A DNA stretch of 64,000 nucleotides from Eledone cirrhosa (GCA_964016885.1 OZ024740.1:21576001-21640000), one strand, 5' to 3'; counted from the first letter of the stretch, positions 1 through 14,712 are shown. Program-made: numbers and translations. Notes: generated from the letters alone by a model not told the origin.

Positions 1-3000
1 AGGTAAGTAGAGGACAGTAGAGGGAAGTAGAGACAGTAGAGGACAGTATAGGGCAGTAGAGTTCAGTAGAGGACAGTAGAGGTAAGTAGAGGGCAGTAGA
101 GGACAGTAGAGGTCAGTAGAGGACAGTAGAGGACAGTAGAGGGAATTATAGGGAAGTAGAGGACAGTATAGGAAAGTAAAGGACAGTAGAGGACAGTAGA
201 GGGAAATGGAGGGCATTAGATGGCAGTAAAGGACAGTAGAGGACAGTAGAGGAGAGTAAAGGGAAGTAGTGAAAGGTAGAGGAAAGTAGAGGACAGTAGA
301 ACACATTAGAGGACACTAGAGGACAGTAGAGGACAGCAGAGGACAGTAGAGGACAGTAGAGGACAGTAGAGTGAAGTAGACGACAGTAGAGGATAGTAGA
401 TGACAGTAGAGGGCAGTAGAGGACAGTAGAGGGAAATAGAGGACTGTGGAAAGAAGTAGATGACAGTAGAGGACAATAGAGGTCAGTAGAGGGAAGTGGA
501 AGTCAGTAGAGGACAGTAGAGGGAAGTAGAGAGTAGTAGAGGACAGTAGAGGGAAGTAGAGGTAAGTAGAGGACAGTAGATGACAGTAGAGGGAAGTAGA
601 AGACAGTAGAGGGAAGTAGAGGAGAGTGGAGGACAGTAGAGGGAAGTAGAGGACAGTAGAGGGAAGTAGAGGACAGTAGAGGGAAGTAGAGGACAGTAGA
701 GGTAAGTAGAGGACAGTAGAGGACAGTATAGGGAAGTAGAAGACAGTAGAGGGAAGTAGAGGAGAGTGGAGGACAGTAGAGGGAAGTAGAGGACAGTAGA
801 GGGAAGTAGAGGACAGTAGAGGATAGTAGACGGCAGTAGAGGACAGTAGAGGACAGTAGAGGACAGTAGAGGTATGTAGAGGACAGTAGAGGACATTAGA
901 AGGAAGTAGAGGGAAGTAGAGGACAGTAGAGCTCAGTAGAGGACAGTAGAGGACAGTAGAAGGAAGTAGAGGATAGTAGAGGGAAGTAGATGAGAGTAGA
1001 GGTAAGTAGAGGAGAGTAGAGGACAGTAGAAGACAGTAGAGGACAGTAGAGGGAAGTAGAGGGAAGTAGAGGACAGTAGAGGGAAGTAGAGGACAGTAGA
1101 GGGAAGGAGAGGACAGTAGCGAGAAGTAGAGGACAGTAGAGGACAATCGAGGTCAGTAGAGGGAAGTGGAGGGAAGTAGAGGGCAGTAGACGTCAGTAGA
1201 GGGAAGTATAGAGTAGTAGAGGACAGTAGAGGACAGTAAAAGACAGTAAAGGACAGTAGATGACCGTAGAGGACAGTAGAGGGAAGTAGAGGAATGTAGA
1301 GGACAGTAGAGGACAGTAGAGGGAAGTAGAGGACAGTAGAGGACAGTAGACGACAGTAGAGGACAGTAGAGGACAGTAGAGGACAGTAGAGGACAGTAGA
1401 GGTAAGTAGATGACAGTAGAGGACATTAGAGGACAGTAGAGGGAAGTAGAGGACAGTAGAGGGAAATAGATGAGAGTAGAGGTAAGTAGAGGAGAGTAGA
1501 GGACAGTAGAAGACAGTAGAGGACAGTAGAGGGAAGTAGAGGGAAGTAGAGGACAGTAGAGGGAAGTAGAGGACAGTAGAGGACAGTAGAGGGAAGTAGT
1601 GGGAAGTAGAGGACAGTAGAGGACAATAGATGGAAGTAGAGGAGAGTAGATGACAGTAGAGGGAAGTAGAGGACGGTAGAGGGAAGTACAGGACAGTAGA
1701 TGGAAGTAGAGGACAATAAAAGACAGTAGAGGGAAGTAGAGGACAGTAGAGGACAGTAGAGGGAAGTAGAGGACTGTAGAGGACAGTAGAGGGAAGTACA
1801 GGACAGTAGAGGGAAGTAGAGGAGAGTAGAGATAAGTAGAGGAGAGTAGAGGACAGTAGAGGACAGTAGAGGAGAGTAGAGGTATGTAGAGGAGAGTAGA
1901 GGGCAGTAGAGGACATTAGAGGGAAGTAGAGGACAGTAGAGGGAAGTAGAGGAGATTAGAGGACAGTAGAGGACAGTAGAGGACAGTAGAGATAAGTAGA
2001 GGAGAGTAGACGACAGTAGAGTGCAGTACAGGGAGGTAGAGGACAGTAGAGTACAGTAGAGCACAGTAGAGGGCAGTAGAGGAAACTAGAGGACAGTAGA
2101 GGACAGTAGAGGAGAGTAGAGGGAAGTAGAGGACAGTAGAGGGAAGTAGATGAGAGTAGAGGTAAGTAGAGGAGAGTAGAGTACAGTAGAAGACAGTAGA
2201 GGCCAGTAGAGGGAAGTAGAGGGAAGTAGAGGACAGTAGAGGGAAGTAGAGGACAGTAGAGGGAAGGAGAGGGAAGGAGAGGACAGTAGAGGGAAGTAGA
2301 GGACAATAGAGGACAATAGAGGTCAGTAGAGGGAAGTGGAGGGAAGTAGAGGGCAGTAGACGTCAGTAGAGGGACGTATAGAGTAGTAGAGGACAGTAGA
2401 GGACAGTAAAGGACAGTAAAGGACAGTAGATGACTGTAGAGTACAGTAGGGGGAAGTAGAGGAATGTAGAGGACAGTAGAGGACAGTAGAGGGAATTAGA
2501 GGACAGTAGAGGACAGTAGAGGACAGTAGAGGTCAGTAGAGGATAGTAGAAGTAAGTAGAGGTCAGTAGAGGACAGTAGAAGACAGTAGAGGACAGTAGA
2601 GGGAAGTAGAGGACAGTAGAAGACAGTAGAGGACAGTAGAGGAAGGTAGAGGACAATAGAGGGAAGTAGAGGAGAGTAGAGGACAGTAGAGGGAAGTAGA
2701 GGACGGTAGAGGGAAGTGGAGGACAGTAACAGACAGTAGAGGGAAGTAGAGGACAGTAGAGGGAAGTAGAAGAGAGTAGAGGTAAGTAGAGGACAGTAGA
2801 GGTAAGTAAAGGTAAGTAGAGGAGAGTAGAGGACAGTAGAGGGAAGTAGAGGGAAGTAGAGGACAGTAGAGGACAATAGAGGACAGTAGAGGACAGTAGA
2901 GGACAGTAGAGGAAAGTAGAGGTAAGTAGAGGACAGTAGAGTGAAGTAGGGGACAGTAGAGGGAATTAGAGGACAGTGGAGAGAAGGAGAGGACAGTAGT

Positions 3001-6000
3001 GGGAAGTAGAGGACAGTAGAGGACAATAGAGGTCAGTAGAGGGAAGTGGAGGGAAGTAGAGGGCATTAGACGTCAGTAGAGGGAAGTATAGAGTAGTAGA
3101 GGACAGTAGAGGACAGTAAAGGACAGTAAAGGACAGTAGATGACTGTAGAGGACAGTAGAGGGAAGTAGAGGACAGTAGAGGACAGTAGACGGAAGTAGA
3201 GGACAGTAGAGGTAATTAGAGGACATTAGAGGGAGGTAGAGGACAGTAGAGGACAGTAGAGGACAGTAGAGGGAAGTAGTGGGAAGTAGAGGACAGTAGA
3301 GGACAATAGATGGAAGTAGAGGAGAGTAGATGACAGTAGAGGGAAGTAGAGGACGGTAGAGGGAAGTAGAGGACAGTAGAGGGAAGTAGAGGACAGTAAA
3401 AGACACTAGAGGGAAGTAGCGGACAGTAGAGGACAGTAGAGGGAAGTAGAGGACAGTAGAGGACAGTAGAGGGAAGTACAGGACAGTAGAGGGAAGTAGA
3501 GGAGAGTAGAGGTATGTAGAGGAGAGTAGAGGGCACTAGAGGGCAGTAGAGGACATTAGAGGGAAGTAGAGGACAGTAGAGGGAAGTAGAGGAGAATAGA
3601 GGTAAGTAGAGGAGAGTAGAGGACAGTAGAGGCAAGTAGAGGACAGTAGAGGACAGTAGAGATAAGTAGAGGAGAGTAGACGACAGTAGAGTGCAGTACA
3701 GGGAGGTAGAGGAGAGTAGAGTATAGTAGAGGACAGTAGAGGCCAGTAGAGGAAACTAGAGGACAGTAGAGGACAGTAGAGGAGAGTAGAGGGAAGTAGA
3801 GGACAGTAGAGGATAGTAGACGGCAGTAGAGGACAGTAGAGGACAGTAGAGGACAGTAGAGGTATGTAGAGGACAGTAGAGGACATTAGAAGGAAGTAGA
3901 GGGAAGTAGAGGACAGTAGAGCTCAGTAGAGGACAGTAGAGGACAGTAGAAGGAAGTAGAGGATAGTAGAGGGAAGTAGATGAGAGTAGAGGTAAGTAGA
4001 GGAGAGTAGAGGACAGTAGAAGACAGTAGAGGACAGTAGAGGGAAGTAGAGGGAAGTAGAGGACAGTAGAGGGAAGTAGAGGACAGTAGAGGGAAGGAGA
4101 GGACAGTAGCGAGAAGTAGAGGACAGTAGAGGACAATCGAGGTCAGTAGAGGGAAGTGGAGGGAAGTAGAGGGCAGTAGACGTCAGTAGAGGGAAGTATA
4201 GAGTAGTAGAGGACAGTAGAGGACAGTAAAAGACAGTAAAGGACAGTAGATGACCGTAGAGGACAGTAGAGGGAAGTAGAGGAATGTAGAGGACAGTAGA
4301 GGACAGTAGAGGGAAGTAGAGGACAGTAGAGGACAGTAGACGACAGTAGAGGACAGTAGAGGACAGTAGAGGACAGTAGAGGACAGTAGAGGTAAGTAGA
4401 TGACAGTAGAGGACATTAGAGGACAGTAGAGGGAAGTAGAGGACAGTAGAGGGAAGTAGATGAGAGTAGAGGTAAGTAGAGGAGAGTAGAGGACAGTAGA
4501 AGACAGTAGAGGACAGTAGAGGGAAGTAGAGGGAAGTAGAGGACAGTAGAGGGAAGTAGAGGACAGTAGAGGGAAGGAGAGGACAGTAGCGGGAAGTAGA
4601 GGACAGTAGAGGACAATCGAGGTCAGTAGAGGGAAGTGGAGGGAAGTAGAGGGCAGTAGACGTCAGTAGAGGGAAGTATAGAGTAGTAGAGGACAGTAGA
4701 GGACAGTAAAAGACAGTAAAGGACAGTAGATGACTGTAGAGGACAGTAGAGGGAAGTAGAGGAATGTAGAGGACAGTAGAGGACAGTAGAGGGAAGTAGA
4801 GGACAGTAGAGGACAGTAGACGGCAGTAGAGGACAGTAGAGGACAGTAGAGGACAGTAGAGGACAGTAGAGGACAGTAGAGGTAAGTAGAGGACAGTAGA
4901 AGACATTAGAGGACAGTAGAGGGAAGTAGAGGACAGTAGAGGGAAGTAGATGAGAGTAGAGGATAGTAGACGACAGTAGAGGACAGTAGAGGGAAGTAGA
5001 GGGAAGTAGAGGACAGTAGAGGGAAGTAGATGACAGTGGAGAGAAGAGGAGTACAGTAGAAGGAATTAGAGGACAGTAGAGGGAAGGAGAGGACAGTAGT
5101 GGGAAGTAGAGGACAGTAGAGGACAATAGAGGTCAGTAGAGGGAAGTGGAGGGAAGTAGAGGGCAGTAGACGTCAGTAGAGGGAAGTATAGAGTAGTAGA
5201 GGACAGTAGAGGACAGTAAAGCACAGTAAAGGACAGTAGATGACTGTAGAGGACAGTAGAGGGAAGTAGAGGACAGTAGAGGACAGTAGAGGGAAGTAGA
5301 GGCCAGTAGAGGACAGTAGAGGACAGTAGAGGTCAGTAGAGGACAGTAGAGGTAAGTAGAGGACATTAGAGGGAGGTAGAGGACAGTAGAGGACAGTAGA
5401 GGGAAGTAGTGGGAAGTAGAGGACAGTAGAGGACAATAGATGGAAGTAGAGGAGAGTAGATGACAGTAGAGGGAAGTAGAGGACGGTAGAGGGAACTAGA
5501 GGACAGTAGAGGGAAGTAGAGGACAATAAAAGACAGTAGAGGGAAGTAGAGGACAGTAGAGGACAGTAGAGGGAAGTAGAGGACAGTAGAGGACAGTAGA
5601 GGGAAGTACAGGACAGTAGAGGGAAGTAGAGGAGAGTAGAGATAAGTAGAGGAGAGTAGAGGACAGTAGTGGGAATTAGAGGAGAGTAGAGGTAAGTACA
5701 GGAGAGGAGAGGACAGTAGAGGACAGTAGAGGAGAGTAGAGGTATGTAGAGGAGAGTAGAGGGCAGTTGAGGACATTAGAGGGAAGTAGAGGACAGTAGA
5801 GGGAAGTAGAGGAGAATAGAGGACAGTAGAGGACAGTAGAGGACAGTAGAGATAAGTAGAGGAGAGTAGACGACAGTAGAGTGCAGTACAGGGAGGTAGA
5901 GGACAGTAGAGTACAGTAGAGCACAGTAGAGGGCAGTAGAGGAAACTAGAGGACAGTAGAGGACAGTAGAGGAGAGTAGGGGGAAGTAGAGGACAGTAGA

Positions 6001-9000
6001 GGACAGTAGACGGCAGTAGAGGGAAGTAGAGGACAGTAGAGGGAGGTAGATGAGAGTAGAGGTAAGTAGAGGAGAGTAGAGTACAGTAGAAGACAGTAGA
6101 GGCCAGTAGAGGGAAGTAGAGGGAAGTAGAGGACAGTAGAGGGAAGTAGAGGACAGTAGAGGGAAGTAGAGGACAGTAGAGGGAAGGAGAGGGAAGTAGA
6201 GGACAGTAGAGGGAAGGAGAGGACAGTAGAGGGAAGTAGAGGACAGTAGAGGACAATAGAGGTCAGTAGAGGGAAGTGGAGGGAAGTAGAGGGCAGTAGA
6301 CGTCAGTAGAGGGACGTATAGAGTAGTAGAGGACAGTAGAGGACAGTAAAGGACAGTAAAGGACAGTAGATGACTGTAGAGTACAGTAGGGGGAAGTAGA
6401 GGAATGTAGAGGACAGTAGAGGACAGTAGAGGGTAGTAGAGGACAGTAGAGGACAGTAGAGGACAGTAGAGGTCAGTAGAGGACAGTAGAGGTAAGTAGA
6501 GGTCAGTAGAGGACAGTAGAAGACAGTAGAGGACAGTAGAGGGAAGTAGAGGACAGTAGACGACAGTAGAGGACAGTAGAGGAAGGTGGAGGACAATAGA
6601 GGGAAGTAGAGGGAAGTAGAAGACAGTAGAGGACAGTAGAGGGAAGTAGAGGGAAGTAGAGGACAGTAGAGGGAAGTAGAGGACAGTAGAGGGAAGTAGA
6701 GGACAGTAGAGGGAAGGAGAGGACAGTAGAGGGAAGTAGAGGACAGTAGAGGACAATAGAGGTCAGAAGAGGGAAGTGGAGGGAAGTAGAGCGCAGTAGA
6801 CGTCAGTAGAGGGAAGTATAGAGTAGTAGAGGACAGTAGAGGACAGTAAAGGACAGTAAAGGACAGTAGATGACTGTAGAGGACAGTAGAGGGAAGTAGA
6901 GGACTGTAGAGGACAGTAGAGGACAGTAGAGGGAAGTAGAGGACAGTAGAGGACAGTAGAGGACAGTAGAGGTCAGTAGAGGACAGTAGAGGTAAGTAGA
7001 GGACAGTAGAGGGAGGTAGAGGACAGTAGAGGACAGTAGAGGGAAGTAGTGGGAAGTAGAGGACAGTAGAGGACAGTAGAGGACAGTAGAGGGAGGTAGA
7101 GGACAGTAGAGGGAAGTAGAGGACGGTAGAGAGAAGTAGAGGACAGTAGAGGATAGTAGACGGCAGTAGAGGACAGTAGAGGACAGTAGAGGTAAGTAGA
7201 GGACAGTAGAGGACATTACAAGGAAGTAGAGGGAAGTAGAGGACAGTAGAGCTCAGTAGAGGACTGTAGAGGACAGTAGAGGGAAGTAGAGGATAGTAGA
7301 GGGAAGTAGATGAGAGTAGAGGTAAGTAGAGGAGAGTAGAGGACAGTAGAAGACAGTAGAGGACAGTAGAGGGAAGTAGAGGGAAGTAGAGGACAGTAGA
7401 GGGAAGTAGAGGACAGTAGAGGGAAGGAGAGGACAGTAGCGGGAAGTAGAGGACAGTAGAGGACAATCGAGGTCAGTAGAGGGAAGTGGAGGGAAGTAGA
7501 GGGGAGTAGACGTCAGTAGAGGGAAGTATAGAGTAGTAGAGGACAGTAGAGGACAGTAAAAGACAGTAAAGGACAGTAGATGACCGTAGAGGACAGTAGA
7601 GGGAAGTAGAGGACTGTAGAGGACAGTAGAGGACAGTAGAGGGAAGTAGAGGACAGTAGAGGACAGTAGACGGCAGTAGAGGACAGTAGAGGACAGTAGA
7701 GGACATTAGAGGACAGTAGAGGGAAGTAGAGGACAGTAGAGGGAAGTAGATGAGAGTAGAGGTAAGTAGAGGGAAGTAGAGGACAGTAGAAGACAGTAGA
7801 GGACAGTAGAGGGAAGTAGAGGGAAGTAGAGGACAGTAGAGGGAAGTAGAGGACAGTGGAGAGAAGAGGAGTACAGTAGAAGGAATTAGAGGACAGTAGA
7901 GGGAAGGAGAGGACAGTAGTGGGAAGTAGAGGACAGTAGAGGACAATAGAGGTCAGTAGAGGGAAGTGGAGGGAAGTAGAGGGCAGTAGACGTCAGTAGA
8001 GGGAAGTATAGAGTAGTAGAGGACAGTAGAGGACAGTAAAGGACAGTAAAGGACAGTAGATGACTATAGAGGACAGTAGAGGGAAGTAGAGGACAGTAGA
8101 GGACAGTAGAGGGAAGTAGAGGACAGAAGAGGACAGTAGAGGGAAGTAGAGGACAGTAGCGGTAAGTAGAGGACATTAGAGGCAGGTAGAGGACAGTAGA
8201 GGGCAGTAGAGGGAAGTAGTGCGAAGTAGAGGACAGTAGAGGACAATAGATGGAAGTAGAGGAGAGTAGATGACAGTAGAGGGAAGTAGAGGACGGTAGA
8301 GGGAAGTAGAGGACAGTAGAGGGAAGTAGAGGCCAGTAGAGGACAGTAGAGGACAGTAGAGGTCAGTAGAGGACAGTAGAGGTAAGTAGAGGACATTAGA
8401 GGGAGGTAGAGGACAGTAGAGGACAGTAGAGGGAAGTAGTGGGAAGTAGAGGACAGTAGAGGACAATAGATGGAAGTAGAGGAGAGTAGATGACAGTAGA
8501 GGGAAGTAGAGGACGGTAGAGGGAAGTAGAGGACAGTAGAGGGAAGTAGAGGACAATAAAAGACAGTAGAGGGAAGTAGAGGACAGTAGAGGACAGTAGA
8601 GGGAAGTAGAGGACAGTAGAGGACAGTAGAGGGAAGTACAGGACAGTAGAGGGAAGTAGAGGAGAGTAGAGATAAGTAGAGGAGAGTAGAGGACAGTAGT
8701 GGGAATTAGAGGAGAGTAGAGGTAAGTACAGGAGAGGAGAGGACAGTAGAGGACAGTAGAGGAGAGTAGAGGTATGTAAAGGAGAGTAGAGGGCTGTAGA
8801 GGACATTAGAGGGAAGTAGAGGACAGTAGAGGGAAGTAGAGGAGAATAGAGGACAGTAACAGACAGTAGAGGGAAGTAGAGGACAGTAGAGGACAGTAGA
8901 GGGAAGTAGAAGAGAGTAGAGGTAAGTAGAGGACAGTAGAGGTAAGTAAAGGTAAGTAGAGGAGAGTAGAGGACAGTAGAGGGAAGTAGAGGGAAGTAGA

Positions 9001-12000
9001 GGACAGTAGAGGACAATAGAGGACAGTAGAGGACAGTAGAGGAAAGTAGAGGTAAGTAGAGGACAGTAGAGTGAAGTAGGGGACAGTAGAGGGAAGGAGA
9101 GGACAGTAGTGGGAAGTAGAGGACAGTAGAGGACAATAGAGGTCAGTAGAGGGAAGTGGAGGGAAGTAGAGGGCAGTAGACGTCAGTAGAGGGAAGTATA
9201 GAGTAGTAGAGGACAGTAGAGGACAGTAAAGGACAGTAAAGGACAGTAGATGACTGTAGAGGACAGTAGAGGGAAGTAGAGGACAGTAGAGGACAGTAGA
9301 GGGAAGTAGAGGACAGTAGAGGACAGTAGAGGACAGTAGAGGTCAGTAGAGGACAGTAGCGGTAAGTAGAGGACATTAGAGGCAGGTAGAGGACAGTAGA
9401 GGGCAGTAGAGGGAAGTAGTGCGAAGTAGAGGACAGTAGAGGACAATAGATGGAAGTAGAGGAGAGTAGATGACAGTAGAGGGAAGTAGAGGACGGTAGA
9501 GGGAAGTAGAGGACAGTAGAGGGAAGTAGAGGCCAGTAGAGGACAGTAGAGGACAGTAGAGGTCAGTAGAGGACAGTAGAGGTAAGTAGAGGACATTAGA
9601 GGGAGGTAGAGGACAGTAGAGGACAGTAGAGGGAAGTAGTGGGAAGTAGAGGACAGTAGAGGACAATAGATGGAAGTAGAGGAGAGTAGATGACAGTAGA
9701 GGGAAGTAGAGGACGGTAGAGGGAAGTAGAGGACAGTAGAGGGAAGTAGAGGACAATAAAAGACAGTAGAGGGAAGTAGAGGACAGTAGAGGACAGTAGA
9801 GGGAAGTAGAGGACAGTAGAGGACAGTAGAGGGAAGTACAGGACAGTAGAGGGAAGTAGAGGAGAGTAGAGATAAGTAGAGGAGAGTAGAGGACAGTAGT
9901 GGGAATTAGAGGAGAGTAGAGGTAAGTACAGGAGAGGAGAGGACAGTAGAGGACAGTAGAGGAGAGTAGAGGTATGTAAAGGAGAGTAGAGGGCTGTAGA
10001 GGACATTAGAGGGAAGTAGAGGACAGTAGAGGGAAGTAGAGGAGAATAGAGGACAGTAACAGACAGTAGAGGGAAGTAGAGGACAGTAGAGGACAGTAGA
10101 GGGAAGTAGAAGAGAGTAGAGGTAAGTAGAGGACAGTAGAGGTAAGTAAAGGTAAGTAGAGGAGAGTAGAGGACAGTAGAGGGAAGTAGAGGGAAGTAGA
10201 GGACAGTAGAGGACAGTAGAGGACAGTAGAGGACAGTAGAGGAAAGTAGAGGTAAGTAGAGGACAGTAGAGTGAAGTAGGGGACAGTAGAGGGAATTAGA
10301 GGACAGTGGAGAGAAGTAGAGGACAGTAGAGGAGAATAGAGGTCAGTAGAGGGAAGTGGAGGGCAGTAGAGGACAGTAGAGGGAAGTAGAGAGTAGTAGA
10401 GGACAGTAGAGGCCAGTAGAGGACAGTAGCGGGAAGTAGATGAGAGCACAGGTAAGTAGAGGAGAGTAGAGTATAGTAGAAGACAGTAGAGGACAGTAGA
10501 GGGAAGTAGAGGGAAGTAGAGGACAGTAGAGGGAAGTAGAGGACAGTAGAGGGAAGTAGAGGACAGTGGAGAGAAGTAGAGGACAGTAGAGGGAAGTAGA
10601 GGACAGTAGAGGGAAGGAGAGGACAGTAGAGGGAAGTAGAGGACAGTAGAGGACAATAGAGGTCAGTAGAGGGAAGTGGACGGAAGTAGAGCGCAGTAGA
10701 CGTCAGTAGAGGGAAGTATAGAGTAGTAGAGGACAGTAGAGGACAGTAGAGGACAGTAAAGGACAGTAGATGACTGTAGAGGACAGTAGAGGGAAGTAGA
10801 GGACTGTAGAGGACAGTAGAGGACAGTAGAGGGAAGTAGAGGACAGTAGAGGACAGTAGAGGACAGTAGAGGTCAGTAGAGGACAGTAGAGGTACGTAGA
10901 GGACAGTAGAGGGAGGTAGAGGACAGTAGAAGACAGTAGAGGGAAGTAGTGGGAAGTAGAGGACAGTAGAGGACAGTAGAGGACAGTAGAGGGAGGTAGA
11001 GGACAGTAGAGGGAAGTAGAGGACGGTAGAGAGAAGTAGAGGACAGTAGAGGGAAGTAGAGGACAGTAAAAGACAGTAGAGGGAAGTAGAGGACAGTAGA
11101 GGACAGTATAGGGAAGTAGAGGACAGTAGAGGACAGTAGAGGGAAGTACAGGACAGTAGAGAGAAGTAGAGGAGAGTAGAGATAAGTAGAGGAGAGTAGA
11201 GGACAGTTGTGGGAATTAGAGGAGAGTAGAGGTAAGTAGAGGAGAGTAGAGGGCAGTAGAGGGCAGTTGAGGACATTAGAGGACAGTAGAGGTCAGTAGA
11301 GGACAGTAGAGGTAAGTAGAGGACAGTAGAGGACAGTAGAAGACAGTAGAGGACAGTAGAGGACAGTAGAGGGAAGTAGATGAGAGTACAGGTAAGTAGA
11401 GGAGAGTAGAGTATAGTAGAAGACAGTAGAGGACAGTAGAGGGAAGTAGAGGGAAGTAGAGGACAGTAGAGGGAAGTAGGGGACAGTAGAGGGAAGTAGA
11501 GGACAGTAGAGGGAAGTAGAGGACAGTGGAGAGAAGTAGAGGACAGTAGAGGGAAGTAGAGGACAGTAGAGGGAAGGAGAGGACAGTAGAGGGAAGTAGA
11601 GGACAGTAGAGGACAATAGAGGTCAGTAGAGGGAAGTGGAGGGAAGTAGAGCGCAGTAGACGTCAGTAGAGGGAAGTATAGAGTAGTAGAGGACAGTAGA
11701 GGACAGTAAAGGACAGTAAAGGACAGTAGATGACTGTAGAGGACAGTAGAGGGAAGTAGAGGACTGTAGAGGACAGTAGAGGACAGTAGAGGGAAGTAGA
11801 GGACAGTAGAGGACAGTAGAGGTCAGTAGAGGTCAGTAGAGGTACGTAGAGGACAGTAGAGGGTGGTAGAGGACAGTAGAGGACAGTAGAGGGAAGTAGT
11901 GGGAAGTAGAGGACAGTAGAGGACAGTAGAGGACAGTAGAGGGAGGTAGAGGACAGTAGAGGGAAGTAGAGGACGGTAGAGAGAAGTAGAGGACAGTAGA

Positions 12001-14632
12001 GGGAAATAGAGGACAGTAAAAGACAGTAGAGGGAAGTAGAGGACAGTAGAGGACAGTATAGGGAAGTAGAGGACAGTAGAGGACAGTAGAGGGAAGTACA
12101 GGACAGTAGTGAGAAGTAGAGGAGAGTAGAGATAAGTAGAGGAGAGTAGAGGACAGTAGTGGGAATTAGAGGAGAGTAGAGGTAAGTAGAGGAGAGTAGA
12201 GGGCAGTAGAGGGCAGTAGAGGACATTAGAGGACAGTAGAGGTCAGTAGAGGACAGTAGAGGTAAGTAGAGGACAGTAGAGGACAGTAGAAGACAGTAGA
12301 GGACAGTAGAGGACAGTAGAGGGAAGTAGAGGACAGTAGAGGACAGTAGAGGACAGTAGAGGAAGGTAGAGGACAATAGAGGGAAGTAGAGGAGAGTAGA
12401 GGACAGTAGAGGGAAGTAGAGGACGGTAGAGGGAAGTAGAGGACAGTAGAGGGAAGTAGAGGACAGTAAAAGTCAGTAGAGGGAAGTAGAGGACAGTAGA
12501 GGACAGTAGAGGGAAGTAGAAGAGAGTAGAGGTAAATAGAGGACAGTAGAGGTAAGTAAAGGTAAGTAGAGGAGAGTAGAGGACAGTAGAGGGAAGTAGA
12601 GGGAAGTAGAGGACAGTAGAGAACAATAGAGGACAGTAGAGGACAGTAGAGGGAAGTAGAGGACAGTGGAGAGAAGTAGAGGACAGTAGAGGAGAATAGA
12701 GGTCAGTAGAGGGAAGTGGAGGGCAGTAGAGGACAGTAGAGGGAAGTAGAGAGTAGTAGAGGACAGTAGAGGCCAGTAGAGGACAGTAGAGGGAAGTGGA
12801 GGAGAGTAGAGGGAAGTAGAGGACAGTAGAGGGAAGTAGAGGACAGTAGAGGTAAGTAGAGGACAGTGGAGAGAAGTAGAGGACAGTAGAGGACAATAGA
12901 GGGAAGTAGAGGGAAGTAGAGGACATTAGAGGACAGTAGAGGGAAGTAGAGAGTAGTAGAGGACAGTAGAGGACAGTAGAGTGCAGTAGAGGACAGTAGA
13001 GCGAAGTAGAGGAGAGTAGACGGAAGTAGAGGACAGTAGAGGACAGTAGAGGAAAGTAGAGGGAAGTAGGGGACAGTAGAGAACAGTATAACACATTAGA
13101 GGACACTAGAGAACAGTAGAGGACAGTAGAGGACAGTAGAGGACAGTAGAGGACAGTAGAAAACAGTAGAGGGAAGTAGATAAGAGTAGATGACAGTAGA
13201 GGACAATAGAGGACAGTAGAGGACAGTAGAGGACAATAGATGTAAGTAGAGGACAGTAGAGGACAGTAGAGGAGAGTAGAGGGAAGTAGAGGACAGTAAT
13301 GGACAGTAGAGGGCAGTAGAGGACAGTAGATGTCATTAGAGGACAGTAGAGGACAGTAGAGGGAGGTAGAGGACAGTAGAGGACAGTAGAGGGAAGTAGT
13401 GGGAAGTAGAGGACAGTAGAGGAGAGTAGAGGACAGTAGAGGACAGTAGAGGACTGTAGAGGGAAGTAGAGGATAGTAGAGGGAAGTAGAGGAGAGTAGA
13501 GGATAGTATAGGACAGTAGAGGAAAGTAGAGGTAAGTAGAGGACAGTAGAGTGAAGTAGAGGACAGTTGAGGGAAGTAGACGACAGTGGAGAGAAGTAGA
13601 GGACAGTAGAGGGAAGTAGAGTGTAGTAGAGGACAGTAGAGGGAAGTATAGGACAGTAGAGGTAAGTAGAGGACAGTAGAGGACAGTAGAGGACAGTAGA
13701 GGACAGTAGAGGACAGTAGAGGGAAGTAGAGGACAGTAGAGGGAAGTAGAGGAGAGTAGAGGACAGTAGAGGGAAGTAGAAGACAGTAGAGTGAAGTAGA
13801 GGACAGTAGAGGGAAGTAGAGGACAGTGGAGAGAAGTAGAGGACAGTAGAGGACAATAGAGGGAAGTAGAGGGAAGTAGAGGACAGTAGAGGACAGTATA
13901 ACACATTAGAGGACACTAGAGGACAGTAGAGGACAGTAGAGGCCAGTAGAGGACAGTAGAGGACAGTAGAGGACAGTAGAGGGAAGTAGAGAACAGTAGA
14001 TGACACTAGAGGACAATAGAGGACAGTAGAGGACAATAGATGTAAGTAGAGGGCATTATAACACATTAGAGGACACTAGAGGGAAGTAGAAGACAGTAGA
14101 GGACAGTAGAGTACTGCAGAGGATAGTAGAGTACAGTAGAGGTAAGTAGAGGACAGTAGAGTTAAGTAGAGGACAGTAGAGGGATGTAGAGGGAAGTAGA
14201 TGACACTAGAGGACAGTAGAGGACAATAAACGACAGTAGAGGGAAGTAGAGAACACTAGAGGACAGTATAACACATTAGAGGACAGTAGAGGACTGTAGA
14301 GGACAGTAGAGGACAGTAGAGGGAAGTAGAGGACAGTAGAGGACAGTATAACATATTAGAGGACACTAGAGGAAAGTAGTGGACAGTAGAGGAAAGTAGA
14401 GGACAGTAGAGGGAAGTAGAGGACAGTAGAGGTAAGTAGAGGACAGTAGAGGACAGTAGAGGGAAGTAGAGGACGGTAGAGGACAGTAGAGGGAAGTAGA
14501 GGACAGTAGAGGGAAGTAGAGGACAGTAGAGAACAGTAGAGGACAGTAGAGGACAGTAGAGGACAGTAGAAAACTGTAGAGGACAGTAGAGGACAGTAGA
14601 GGACAGTAGAGGGAAGTAGAAGACAGTAGAGG
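1..14632. repeat. 10-bp tandem satellite (GGACAGTAGA / GGGAAGTAGA and variants) with kb-scale internal duplications
   Basis: Decamers NNNNNGTAGA stay in register with the 10-base columns from position 41 to about 14630, and the + strand is strongly purine-rich. The long minus-strand ORFs (LLSSTVLYCP) are translations of the repeat. Confidence 0.98.
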
Positions 14633-14712
14633 AACGGACTATAAATGACATAAATGAGAGGAAAAGGTGAGGAAATGCAAGGACTCTAGAGCCACAGAAG
14701 ATAAGTGGAAAA

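Noticed and set aside
316-14651. Long minus-strand ORFs (LLSSTVLYCP repeats, up to 607 aa)
   Set aside because: They are translations of a stop-poor 10-bp satellite and are open in all three minus frames, which is not coding behaviour.
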